NCBI GenBank assembly: GCA_038208565.1
Contig: JBBQYR010000002.1
Location: 13,234 to 77,233, forward strand
Reading direction: 5' to 3'
Length of the DNA stretch: 64,000 nucleotides
DNA from: Chthoniobacterales bacterium
Lineage (GTDB): Bacteria > Verrucomicrobiota > Verrucomicrobiia > Chthoniobacterales > Chthoniobacteraceae
Under the pieces are notes generated by a model. The model had not been told where the DNA came from, ran no database searches, and worked only from the letters and a program-made list of their open reading frames with translations. This document shows, one piece after another, positions 9,589 to 18,971 of this stretch. The stretch's first letter is position 1, and each line of letters begins with the position of its first letter. Made by a program: the position numbers and the translations under genes.

Positions 9589-12207
9589 ATGCTGCCTCGC
9601 GCCCTCCCGTTGTCTCTGATCGCCGCCACTTTCGCGGCCGTCTCTTCGCGCGCGGAAACGGGCGACGTGCTTTTCGAGCGCGACGTGCGGCCGATCCTCA
9701 AGGCCCACTGCACGCATTGCCACGGCGAGGAGGAAAAGCCCGAGGGCGGCGTGGATTTGCGGCTCCGGCGGTTCATGGACAAGGCGCTCGAAGGCGGCGG
9801 CCATGTCCTCGTGCCGGGCCAGCCCGACAAGAGCGAGATGGTCCTGCTCATCCGCGAGGGTGAGATGCCGAAGAAGGGCAAGAAGCTCACCGCCGAGCAG
9901 CTCGCGGTGATCGAGAAGTGGATCGCCCAGGGCGCGAAGATCAACAAACCCGAGCCCGAGACGCTCGCCGCGGGAATGTTCATCACCGATGAAGATCGCG
10001 CGTGGTGGTCCTTCCAGCCGATCGCCAAACCCACGCCACCCGCGCTCGAAAAAGCCGACCGCGTACGCAATCCCATCGACGCCTTCGTCCTCGCCAAGCT
10101 CCGCGAACAGAAGCTCGATTTTGCGCCCGACGCCGACAAACGCGCGCTGCTCCGCCGCGTAACGCTCGACCTTACCGGACTCCCGCCGAAGCCGGAGGAA
10201 GTGGACGCTTTCCTCGCCGACACTGCGCCCGACGCCTACGAAAAGGTCGTCGATCGCCTGCTCGCCTCGCCCGCTTACGGCGAACGCTGGGCGCGGCACT
10301 GGCTCGATGTCGCCGGTTACGCCGATTCGAACGGCTACACCGAAGTGGATTCCGTGCGGCCCGAGGCGTGGCGCTATCGCGACTACGTCATCCGCGCTTT
10401 CAACGCCGACAAACCGTGGAGTGAATTCATCGTCGAGCAACTCGCGGGCGACGAGGTGGCCGGCGCGACGCACGCCGAGACGGACAAGATCATCCTCGAT
10501 CCGAAGAAGCGCGACGCGCTGACCGCGACTGCTTTCCTGCGCCTCGCGCCTGATGGCACCGGCGACGCCAACGACGACGCGAAGCTCGCGCGCAATCAGG
10601 TCATCGCCGAAGAGTTGAAGGTCGTCAGCTCGTCGCTGCTCGGTCTCACCGTCGCCTGCGCGCAGTGCCACGATCACCGCTACGACCCGATCTCCCACGC
10701 CGACTACTTCCGCCTGCGCGCCGTCTTCGAGCCAGCGTTCGACTGGCAAAATTGGCGCGCACCCGCCGCCCGGCTTTACTCCCTCTACACGCCCGAGGAG
10801 CGCGCCAAGGCTGGGGAGATCGAAAAGCAGGCCGTCGCCATCGAGCTCGAGGCGCGGGCGATGAGCAAAAAATTCCTCGACGAGATCTTTGAAAAGGAAG
10901 TCGTGAAGCTGCCGGAGGAAGAGCGCGAACCTTACCGCGCTGCGCGTGCCACGGCCGAGAAGGACCGCACGCCCGAGCAGAAGACGCTGATCAAAAAATA
11001 CCCGTCCGCTCTCGCGCTCTACTCGCTCGATCTCTACGACGCCAAGCTGCAGAAACAGGTCACCGACAAGATGGCCGAGGCGACGAAGCTGCGCGCGACC
11101 AAGCCGCCCGAGGGCAAGGTGATGGCGCTCACCGAGGTGAAGGGCAAGGTGCCGGAGACGCGGCTCTTCCATCGCGGCGACCACGACCAGCCGAAGCAGC
11201 CGCTCCAGCCCGGCGAACTCACCGTGCTCGAACGCGAGCCGCTCAAGATCGAGCCCACGCCCGCCGGCACGACCGGCCGCCGTCTCGCGTATGCGAAGTG
11301 GCTGACCAGCGGCCAGCACCCGCTCGTGGCGCGCGTCCTCGCGAATCGTTTTTGGCTCAATCATTTCGGCCGCGGACTCGTGAGCACGCCCGGCGATTTC
11401 GGCGCGCTCGGCGAGAAGCCTTCGCACCCCGAGCTGCTCGATTGGCTCGCGAGTGAGTTCATGAGCGGCGGTTGGAAATTGAAGCCGCTGCATCGCACCA
11501 TCCTGCTCAGCACCACCTACCGGCAGTCGTCGAACAATGAGCCGTCGCTGCAAGCCGACCCGGACAACAAATTCCTCGCCCGCTTCAAACTCCAGCGTCT
11601 CGAGGCCGAAGCGCTGCGCGACTCGATGCTCGCCACCGCCGGCACGCTCAATCGCCAGGCCTTCGGCGCGCCAGTCGCCATCGCACGCGACAACGCCGGA
11701 CGCATCGTCGTCGGCATCGACAAGGGCACGATCAACACCGCGAAAGTCGAGAGCGCCGGGAAGGATGATTTCCGCCGCTCGATCTATGTGCAGGTCCGCC
11801 GCAAGCAGCCGCTCACCGTGCTCGATGCCTTCGACGCGCCGACGATGATTCCCAACTGCGAGGTCCGCAATCGCAGCACCGTGGCCCCGCAATCGCTCCT
11901 GCTGATGAACGACACCTTCGTGCTCGAAACCGCGAAGGCGCTCGCCACGCGGCTGCGCAATGAAGTGCGCGGCGATGCTCGCGGGCAGATCGTGAAAGCC
12001 TGGCGCACGCTCTACGGCGAGGAGCCGAAAGACGCGGACGTTTTCCGCAGCCTTGCCTACCTCGCCGAGCAGACCGAAGCCGTGCGCGCCTACCATCACG
12101 GCATCCAGCACGCCAAGGACGCTCCGCCGCCCGACCCGCAGCTCGAAGCCCTCTCGAGCCTCTGCCAGATCCTCTACAGCTCGAACCGTTTCCTCTACGT
12201 GCCATGA
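9589..12207 (+). CDS. Planctomycete-type cytochrome c + DUF1549 + DUF1553 protein
   Basis: Signal peptide, CTHCH with downstream GEMP, WSFQP, NPIDAF, GERWARHWLDVAGYADS, CAQCH, PSHPELLDWLA, RRSIY. Start placed at ATG 9589. Confidence 0.9.
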   Translation: MLPRALPLSLIAATFAAVSSRAETGDVLFERDVRPILKAHCTHCHGEEEKPEGGVDLRLRRFMDKALEGGGHVLVPGQPDKSEMVLLIREGEMPKKGKKLTAEQLAVIEKWIAQGAKINKPEPETLAAGMFITDEDRAWWSFQPIAKPTPPALEKADRVRNPIDAFVLAKLREQKLDFAPDADKRALLRRVTLDLTGLPPKPEEVDAFLADTAPDAYEKVVDRLLASPAYGERWARHWLDVAGYADSNGYTEVDSVRPEAWRYRDYVIRAFNADKPWSEFIVEQLAGDEVAGATHAETDKIILDPKKRDALTATAFLRLAPDGTGDANDDAKLARNQVIAEELKVVSSSLLGLTVACAQCHDHRYDPISHADYFRLRAVFEPAFDWQNWRAPAARLYSLYTPEERAKAGEIEKQAVAIELEARAMSKKFLDEIFEKEVVKLPEEEREPYRAARATAEKDRTPEQKTLIKKYPSALALYSLDLYDAKLQKQVTDKMAEATKLRATKPPEGKVMALTEVKGKVPETRLFHRGDHDQPKQPLQPGELTVLEREPLKIEPTPAGTTGRRLAYAKWLTSGQHPLVARVLANRFWLNHFGRGLVSTPGDFGALGEKPSHPELLDWLASEFMSGGWKLKPLHRTILLSTTYRQSSNNEPSLQADPDNKFLARFKLQRLEAEALRDSMLATAGTLNRQAFGAPVAIARDNAGRIVVGIDKGTINTAKVESAGKDDFRRSIYVQVRRKQPLTVLDAFDAPTMIPNCEVRNRSTVAPQSLLLMNDTFVLETAKALATRLRNEVRGDARGQIVKAWRTLYGEEPKDADVFRSLAYLAEQTEAVRAYHHGIQHAKDAPPPDPQLEALSSLCQILYSSNRFLYVP

Positions 12208-13652
12208 ACCGCTCGCACCTCTGCTCCCGCCGCCATTTCCTCCACGCGAACGGCTTCGGCTTCGGCTCGCTCGCGCTCGCTTGGCTGCTCAAGCAGGACA
12301 ACCTGCTCGCCGGTCCCGTGAAGCCGCACGTCGATGGCCCGCCGCGCTTCGATCTGCTGCCGAAGAAGCCGCACTTCGAGCCGAAGGCCAAGGCGATGAT
12401 CTCGCTCTTCATGATGGGCGGGCCGTCGCAGATGGACCTCTTCGACCCGAAGCCGATGTTGCAGAAATACGATGGGCAGAAATTCCCCGGCGAAATCAAA
12501 TACGACAACCTCGCGCAGGCCTCGGCGAAGGTCTTTGGCTCGCCGTGGAAGTTTGAGCCGCGCGGGCAGTGCGGCATGGAATTGAGCGAGCTGCTGCCGC
12601 ATCTCGCGGGCGTGGCGGATGACATCACGCTCATCCGCTCGATGCGCTCCGGCGTGAGCAATCACCTGCAGGGCCTGCTCGCAATGAACAACGGCCGCAT
12701 CACCTCGGGCCGCCCGACGGTCGGCTCGTGGCTCACCTACGGGCTCGGCAGCGAAACGCAGGAACTCCCCGCCTACATGGTGCTCGCGCATCCCGGCGGG
12801 CTCCCGACTTTCCAAGGCGAACACTTCACCAACGGCTGGCTGCCCGCGCTTTACCAAGGCACGCTCATCCGCCCGACCGAGCCGCGCATCTTGAATCTCG
12901 ACCCGCCGCCCGCGCTCGCGGGCCAGGCGCAAAAACGCCAGCTCGACCTGCTCAAGGAAATGAACGAAGCGCACCTCGCCGAGCATCCGGGCGAACTCGA
13001 TCTGCAGGCGCGCATTTCCAGCTACGAACTCGCTGCGCACATGCAGACCGCGGCGAAAGAGGCGCTCGATATTTCCAACGAGCCCGACTCGATCAAGAAG
13101 CTCTACGGCATCGATGACGCGAAGACGAAGGACTACGCCACGCGCTGCATCATCGCGCGGCGACTCGTCGAGCGCGGCGTGCGTTTTGTGCAGGTGCTGA
13201 ATTCCGGGCAGTCGTGGGATCAGCACGGCTCGCTCATCAGCGCGCTGCCGAACAACTGCCTCGCGACCGACAAGCCGAGCGCCGCGCTTCTCACCGATCT
13301 CAAGCAGCGCGGCCTGCTCGATACGACCGTGGTGCAGTGGAGCGGCGAGATGGGCCGTCTGCCCGTGCTGCAAAACGACGCGGGCCGCGACAAGTGGGGC
13401 CGCGATCACAACACCTTCGGCTTCTCGCAGTGGGTCGCGGGTGGCGGCTTTAAGCGCGGCCTTGTCTATGGCGAGACCGACGAGTGGAGCCACCACGCGG
13501 TGAAGGACATCGTCCACCACTACGACTGGCACGCCACGCTGCTGAATCAGTTCGGCCTCGATTACAAAAAGCTCACCTACAAACGCAACGGCGCGAACGC
13601 CTCGCTCATCGATGGGCAGGAAGCGCGCGTCGTCCGCGAGATCCTCACGTAA
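12204..13652 (+). CDS. DUF1501 family protein (Tat-exported)
   Basis: SRRHFL, MGGPSQMDLFDPKP, ARRLVERGVRFV, WDQH, GEMGRLP, GRDH; ATGA overlap with upstream gene. Confidence 0.92.
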   Translation: MNRSHLCSRRHFLHANGFGFGSLALAWLLKQDNLLAGPVKPHVDGPPRFDLLPKKPHFEPKAKAMISLFMMGGPSQMDLFDPKPMLQKYDGQKFPGEIKYDNLAQASAKVFGSPWKFEPRGQCGMELSELLPHLAGVADDITLIRSMRSGVSNHLQGLLAMNNGRITSGRPTVGSWLTYGLGSETQELPAYMVLAHPGGLPTFQGEHFTNGWLPALYQGTLIRPTEPRILNLDPPPALAGQAQKRQLDLLKEMNEAHLAEHPGELDLQARISSYELAAHMQTAAKEALDISNEPDSIKKLYGIDDAKTKDYATRCIIARRLVERGVRFVQVLNSGQSWDQHGSLISALPNNCLATDKPSAALLTDLKQRGLLDTTVVQWSGEMGRLPVLQNDAGRDKWGRDHNTFGFSQWVAGGGFKRGLVYGETDEWSHHAVKDIVHHYDWHATLLNQFGLDYKKLTYKRNGANASLIDGQEARVVREILT

Positions 13653-13670
13653 ATCGCGACCGGAATTCGC

Positions 13671-16600
13671 ATGTTGCGCACTCTTCTTCCACGCGTCGCG
13701 ATCTTCGCACTGATCGTTGCTTCCACGGGCCGTGCGGCTCCGCCGGTGACGGAAGCGATGCGCCTGCTGAAGACGAATTGCTTCTCTTGTCACAACGGCG
13801 AGAAGAAGAAGGGCGGACTGGTGATGACTTCACGCGAGGCCTTACTGAAAGGCGGCGACAATGGCGCTGCGCTCGACCTCAACGTCCCGGAAAAAAGCTC
13901 GCTGCTCGAATCGCTCGCAGCCGACGCCGATCCGCACATGCCGCCGAAGAAACAGCTCAGCGCGACCCAGATCGCGACGTTGCACGCGTGGGTGAAAGAT
14001 GGCGCGAAGTGGGACGAGTCCGCGCTCATCGCCGAGGCCTCGAAGCCGCGCGAGGTGAAGCTCGGCGCACTGCCGGCTTCGTATCGTCCGGCGCTCGGCC
14101 TGGCGGTTTCTCCGGATTCGACGCGGCTCGCCGTCGGGTGCGGGAATGAAGTCCTGCTCTACGACATCAGCGGCGCGGAAACCAAGCTCATCAGCCGCGC
14201 GAGCGCGCATCCCGATGCAGTGCAGGCGCTGGCCTGGAGCCCGGATGGGAAGCAACTCATCACCGGCGCATTTCGGCGCCTCGTGATCTGGAACACGGAA
14301 ACGCTCGCCCCCGAGAAGCAGCTCACCAATGGGCTCACCGACCGCATCGCGGCGATTCGTTTCCTGCCGGATGGAAAGCAGTGCGTCGTCGCCGATGGAC
14401 GCGTCGCCGAAAACGGCACGGTGCGCCTCATCGATACCGCCAGCGGCACAATCGCGAAATCGTGGACTGCCCACGCAGACACGATCTTCGACCTCGCGGT
14501 GAGTAGCGACGGCAAGCTCCTCGCCACCGCGGGCGGCGACAAGCTCGTGAAGATCTGGGACCTCGCGACGCAGAAGGAACTCGCGAAGCTCGAAGGCCAC
14601 ACCGCGCAAGTGCTCGCGCTCGCTTTCAATCCCGACGCCACGCAGCTCGTCAGCGGCGGCGCGGATCAGCAGATCAAGGTCTGGGACGTGCAGACGCGGG
14701 AGCGGATCAACACGCTCGGCCGGCCCACCTCGGCGATCACTTCGCTCGCGTGGTCGAGCGTCGGGCCGACGATCATCGCCGCCACCGACGCGGGAGTCGT
14801 CGCGCGTTACACCGCCCTCACGAGCCACAGCGGCGCGCAGTCGAGCGACTCCGCGAAGGAACGCAAACTCGAGGACGCCGCCACGGCCCTGCACGGCGCG
14901 ACGGTGAGCGCGAACGGCGAGCGCGTCTTTGCCAGCACGCAGGACGGCCGGCTCATCGCTTGGAACAAGGACGGCAAGATCGCCGCGAAGCTCGCGCTGA
15001 ACGAGAGCGCCGCACCGCCGCAGCCCTCGCCGAGCTTCATCCGCGATGTCCTGCCGGTGCTGAGCAAGGCGGGCTGCAGCGCGGGCGCGTGCCACGCAAA
15101 GCCCGACGGGCAGAACGGTTTCAAGCTCACGGTTTTCTCCTTCGATCCACAATCCGACCACCGCGGCATCGTGCAGGACGGGCGCGGACGGCGTGTCTTC
15201 CCGGCGGCGCCAGATGAAAGCCTGCTCCTGCTCAAGGCCACGGACACGATCCCGCACGAGGGCGGCGAGCGCTTTGGCAAAGACTCCGAGGCTTACCGCA
15301 CCATCGCGAAGTGGATCAGCGGCGGCATGGTTTATCGCAGCGAGGGCGAGGCCGATTTGCAGCGCATCAGCGTGCAGCCCGCCGAGCGGCTGTACAAAAA
15401 GGGCGACACGCAGCAGCTCAAGGTCGAGGCGCATTACTCCGACGGCTCGGTGCGCGATGTCACCGCACTCGCCGACTTCAGCTCCAACGACAAGGAACTC
15501 GCGCGCGTGACCGAGGCTGGCGTGGTCAGCGCGGGCAAGGTGAGCGGTCAAGCCGTGATCGTCGCGCGCTTCATGGGCATGGTCGGCGATTCGCGGATCG
15601 GGATTCCCGCCGACCGGCTGCTGCCGGAGAGCCAGTACGCGAATCTGCCGGCGCGGAACTTCATCGACGAGCTGGCCTACGCGCAGTTCAAGCAGCTCGG
15701 CCTTTTCCCGTCGGAATCGTGCAGCGATGCGGAGTTTCTGCGGCGCGCTTCGATCGACACCATCGGCACCGTGCCGAGCCCGGATGAAGCCCGCGCCTTT
15801 CTCGCCGACACCGCGCCCGACAAGCGCGCGAAGCTCATCGACCGGCTGCTCGCAAGTCCGCTCTACGCCGATTACTGGGCGAACAAATGGGCCGATCTGC
15901 TGCGCCCGAATCCCGATCGCGCCGGCATCAAGAGCGTGTATGTGCTCGACCAGTGGATCCGCGAGAGCTTCCGCGCGAACAAGCCTTACAACCAGTTTGT
16001 GCGCGAGATCGTGACCACCGAAGGCAACACGCACCGCTTCGGCCCGGCGGTGATTTATCGCGACCGGCGCGAGCCCGCGGATGTGACGACGATGTTCAGC
16101 CAGCTCTTCCTCGGCGTGCGGCTCGACTGCGCGAAGTGCCATCATCACCCGAGCGAAAAATGGGGGCAGGACGACTTTTATCGCATGGCCGCGTTCTTCG
16201 GCACGGTGAAGCAAAAGGGCGCCGGCATTTCCGCGCCGATCTCGGCGGGCAATGAGACGTTTTACTTCGCGCCGGGCAAGACGGTGAAACATCCCGTGAC
16301 CGGCGAACTCATGGAGCCGCAGCCACCGGACGGTTCACCGGTGAAGGTGACCGACGACACCGATCCGCGCCGTGCGCTGGCCGATTGGATGACCGACCCG
16401 AAGAATCCGTTCTTCGCGCCGGCCGTCGCGAATCGTGTGTGGGCGGCGTTCTTCGGCAAGGGCATCGTCGATCCCGTCGATGACTTCCGCCTGTCGAATC
16501 CGCCCTCAAATCCCGCGCTGCTCCACGGCCTCGCGCAGGAGCTCGTGCGCAAGGATTACAACCTCAAGGAACTCATGCGCGCGATCCTGAGCTCGCATCT

Positions 16601-17144
16601 TTACCAGCTCAGCACGGTGCCGAACGAATTCAACACCGCCGACACGCGCAACTTCTCGCGTTCCTATCGCCGCCGCCTGCCGGCGGAAGTACTCACCGAC
16701 GCCGTGGCCGACATCACCGGCGTGCCGAACAGCTACGCCGGCCTGCCGCCGGGCAGCCGCGCCATCCAGGCGTGGACCTACAAAATCGAGTCGCCCACGA
16801 TGGACGCCTTCAGCCGGCCCAACTCGAGCAGCGACTGCCCGTGCGAGCGCGATTCCAAGCCGAGCATCGTGCAGGCGCTGCACCTTATGAACTCACGTCT
16901 GTTGCAGGAAAAGCTGGCGAGCAAGGACGCCGCGGCGCGCGTGCAACGCCTCGCCGAAAGCCAGCTCACGCCGGAGGAAATCGTGACCGAGCTTTACCTC
17001 GCCTGCTACTCACGCCCGCCGAGCGACGAGGAACTGAAGATCGCCACCGGCGCTTTCACCAGCGAGGGCGCGACCCGCCGCGGTGCGACCGAGGACGTGC
17101 TGTGGTCGCTGCTCAACTCCGCGGAGTTCGTCTTCAATCACTAG
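13671..17144 (+). CDS. Cytochrome c + WD40 + Ig-like + DUF1549 + DUF1553 fusion protein
   Basis: CFSCH...HMPP; WD40 repeats (AHADTIFDLAVS...VKIWD, GHTAQVLALAF...IKVWD); CSAGACH; Ig-like YSDGSVRDVT; CAKCH; C-terminal LLNSAEFVFNH. Confidence 0.9.
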   Translation: MLRTLLPRVAIFALIVASTGRAAPPVTEAMRLLKTNCFSCHNGEKKKGGLVMTSREALLKGGDNGAALDLNVPEKSSLLESLAADADPHMPPKKQLSATQIATLHAWVKDGAKWDESALIAEASKPREVKLGALPASYRPALGLAVSPDSTRLAVGCGNEVLLYDISGAETKLISRASAHPDAVQALAWSPDGKQLITGAFRRLVIWNTETLAPEKQLTNGLTDRIAAIRFLPDGKQCVVADGRVAENGTVRLIDTASGTIAKSWTAHADTIFDLAVSSDGKLLATAGGDKLVKIWDLATQKELAKLEGHTAQVLALAFNPDATQLVSGGADQQIKVWDVQTRERINTLGRPTSAITSLAWSSVGPTIIAATDAGVVARYTALTSHSGAQSSDSAKERKLEDAATALHGATVSANGERVFASTQDGRLIAWNKDGKIAAKLALNESAAPPQPSPSFIRDVLPVLSKAGCSAGACHAKPDGQNGFKLTVFSFDPQSDHRGIVQDGRGRRVFPAAPDESLLLLKATDTIPHEGGERFGKDSEAYRTIAKWISGGMVYRSEGEADLQRISVQPAERLYKKGDTQQLKVEAHYSDGSVRDVTALADFSSNDKELARVTEAGVVSAGKVSGQAVIVARFMGMVGDSRIGIPADRLLPESQYANLPARNFIDELAYAQFKQLGLFPSESCSDAEFLRRASIDTIGTVPSPDEARAFLADTAPDKRAKLIDRLLASPLYADYWANKWADLLRPNPDRAGIKSVYVLDQWIRESFRANKPYNQFVREIVTTEGNTHRFGPAVIYRDRREPADVTTMFSQLFLGVRLDCAKCHHHPSEKWGQDDFYRMAAFFGTVKQKGAGISAPISAGNETFYFAPGKTVKHPVTGELMEPQPPDGSPVKVTDDTDPRRALADWMTDPKNPFFAPAVANRVWAAFFGKGIVDPVDDFRLSNPPSNPALLHGLAQELVRKDYNLKELMRAILSSHLYQLSTVPNEFNTADTRNFSRSYRRRLPAEVLTDAVADITGVPNSYAGLPPGSRAIQAWTYKIESPTMDAFSRPNSSSDCPCERDSKPSIVQALHLMNSRLLQEKLASKDAAARVQRLAESQLTPEEIVTELYLACYSRPPSDEELKIATGAFTSEGATRRGATEDVLWSLLNSAEFVFNH

Positions 17145-17517
17145 TCCGCCGCTCGCGACCAAGCGCGAGGCTGTAGGCGAGATAGGTGCCGACGGCGATC
17201 ATGATGAGCGTGACCGGCTGAAGCTGGTGAACGTGGGCGAGGAAAAAGCCGAAGCTTTTGTCGGCGACGAAGGGTGCGTGGCGCCATTCGGTGAAAAGCG
17301 CGAGCGCGAGCCCAGCGACCGCGCAGATGATGGCGAGCGGGCGCGACCGGCGGCGCGAGGCGAGACCCGCACCGATGCCGAGCAGCCCCGGCGGCAACAT
17401 CAGCGCGTAGAAGCCCTGGCTGGCGATCCACGTGAAAGCAAGGTAGCCGAGGCATCCGCCGACGGTGGCCCCGAGCAATCCGAGAGCAAGGTCTTGGGAG
17501 GAGACGGACTCGTTCAT
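17134..17517 (-). CDS. Small integral membrane hypothetical protein (about 4 TM)
   Basis: 127 aa with four hydrophobic Gly-rich segments; fills the gap between plus-strand genes. Confidence 0.7.
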   Translation of the reverse strand: MNESVSSQDLALGLLGATVGGCLGYLAFTWIASQGFYALMLPPGLLGIGAGLASRRRSRPLAIICAVAGLALALFTEWRHAPFVADKSFGFFLAHVHQLQPVTLIMIAVGTYLAYSLALGRERRTSD

Positions 17518-17635
17518 GGCAGCTCGCAAGGTGAGCCAGCGGGAACGTGTGGCGAGATCAAATTCCCGCCCTGCTGGAGCCTGATTTTAGGGTCTAGGAA
17601 ACCGGGCGCGATAGGGTTCACTCACAAACGCCAAC

Positions 17636-18967
17636 ATGTCCCCCATTTATCACAATTGCGCCGGAGTCTCCCGGCGCGACTTTCTCCAGATCGGCCTCGG
17701 CGGGACCCTTGGCCTCGGGCTGTGCGATCTGCTGCGCGCCCGCGCGGTCGCCGCTCCCAGCGCGGCGCCGGCGAAGAACGTCAACTGCATCATGATCTGG
17801 ATGGATGGCGGGCCGTCGCATTACGAGACGTTTGACCCGAAGCCGGACGCGCCCGCGGAGATTCGCGGAACCTTCAAGACGATCCCGACCTGCGTGCCGG
17901 GCGTGCATTTCAGCGAGCCGGTGCCGGAACTGGCCAAGGCGTTCGACAAGTTCACGGTCATCCGCTCGATCGCGCACAAGGACCCGAATCACGGCGGCGG
18001 CAATCACTACATGATGACCGGTTCGCCGACGCCGGTGCCGGTCGGGTGCGGGGCGTTCGTCACGTTTCACCCGAGCTTTGGCTCGATGGTGTCCTACGAC
18101 CGCGGTGTGCGCAGCGGTCTGCCGGCCTACATGGCGATGCCGAGCAACACGCGCTCGGGCGGCCCGAATTTCCTCGGCGGGCAGCACGCGCCGTTTGTCA
18201 TCGGCGGTGATCCAAATGCGAACGGCTTTCAGGTGCGCGACGTGGTGGTGCCGGCGGAAATCGCCGAGGGGCACGCGAAGACGCGGCGCGAGCTGCGCAC
18301 GGCGCTGGATCGGATGCAGCGCTTTAATGACAAGCTCGTGGACGACCCGGCGGTGGTCTTCGACAAATTTTACCAGCAGGGCTTCGACCTCGTGTCGTCG
18401 TCGAAGGCGCAGGCGGCGTTCGATATCAGCCGCGAAGACGCCAAGGTGCGCGATCGCTACGGGCGCAACGACGTCGGCCAGCGCATGCTCATGGCGCGGC
18501 GGCTCGTCGAAGTGGGCGTGTCGTTTGTCACAGTTCATTACGGCGGCTGGGACGATCACCGGAAGCTGTTCGAGACTTACAAAGGCAAGCGCTTGCAGAA
18601 CTTCGATCAGGGACTCGCGGCGCTGCTGAACGACCTGCAAGCAACCGGACTAATGGAAAACACGCTAGTCATCGCGTGCGGCGAATTTGGGCGCACGCCA
18701 AAGGTCAACAAGGATGTCGGCCGCGACCACTGGCCCTTTGCCATGTCGGTGCTCATGGCTGGCGCGGGGATTCCCGGCGGGCAGATCGTGGGTGCGACCG
18801 ACGTGAAGGGCTACCACGCCGCCGAGAATGTCTATCGCCCGGAGGACTTCGCCGCGTCGCTCTACACGAAGATGGGCATCGATCCGCACATGACGCTCCA
18901 GACGAACACCGGACGGCCGATCCACCTGGTAAACGAGGGGCGCATGATCAAGGAGCTCTTCGTCTAA
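17636..18967 (+). CDS. DUF1501 family protein (Tat-exported)
   Basis: CAGVSRRDFL, MDGGPSHYETFDPKP, ARRLVEVGV, WDDH, GEFGRTP, RDHWP. Confidence 0.92.
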   Translation: MSPIYHNCAGVSRRDFLQIGLGGTLGLGLCDLLRARAVAAPSAAPAKNVNCIMIWMDGGPSHYETFDPKPDAPAEIRGTFKTIPTCVPGVHFSEPVPELAKAFDKFTVIRSIAHKDPNHGGGNHYMMTGSPTPVPVGCGAFVTFHPSFGSMVSYDRGVRSGLPAYMAMPSNTRSGGPNFLGGQHAPFVIGGDPNANGFQVRDVVVPAEIAEGHAKTRRELRTALDRMQRFNDKLVDDPAVVFDKFYQQGFDLVSSSKAQAAFDISREDAKVRDRYGRNDVGQRMLMARRLVEVGVSFVTVHYGGWDDHRKLFETYKGKRLQNFDQGLAALLNDLQATGLMENTLVIACGEFGRTPKVNKDVGRDHWPFAMSVLMAGAGIPGGQIVGATDVKGYHAAENVYRPEDFAASLYTKMGIDPHMTLQTNTGRPIHLVNEGRMIKELFV

Positions 18968-18971
18968 AGGC

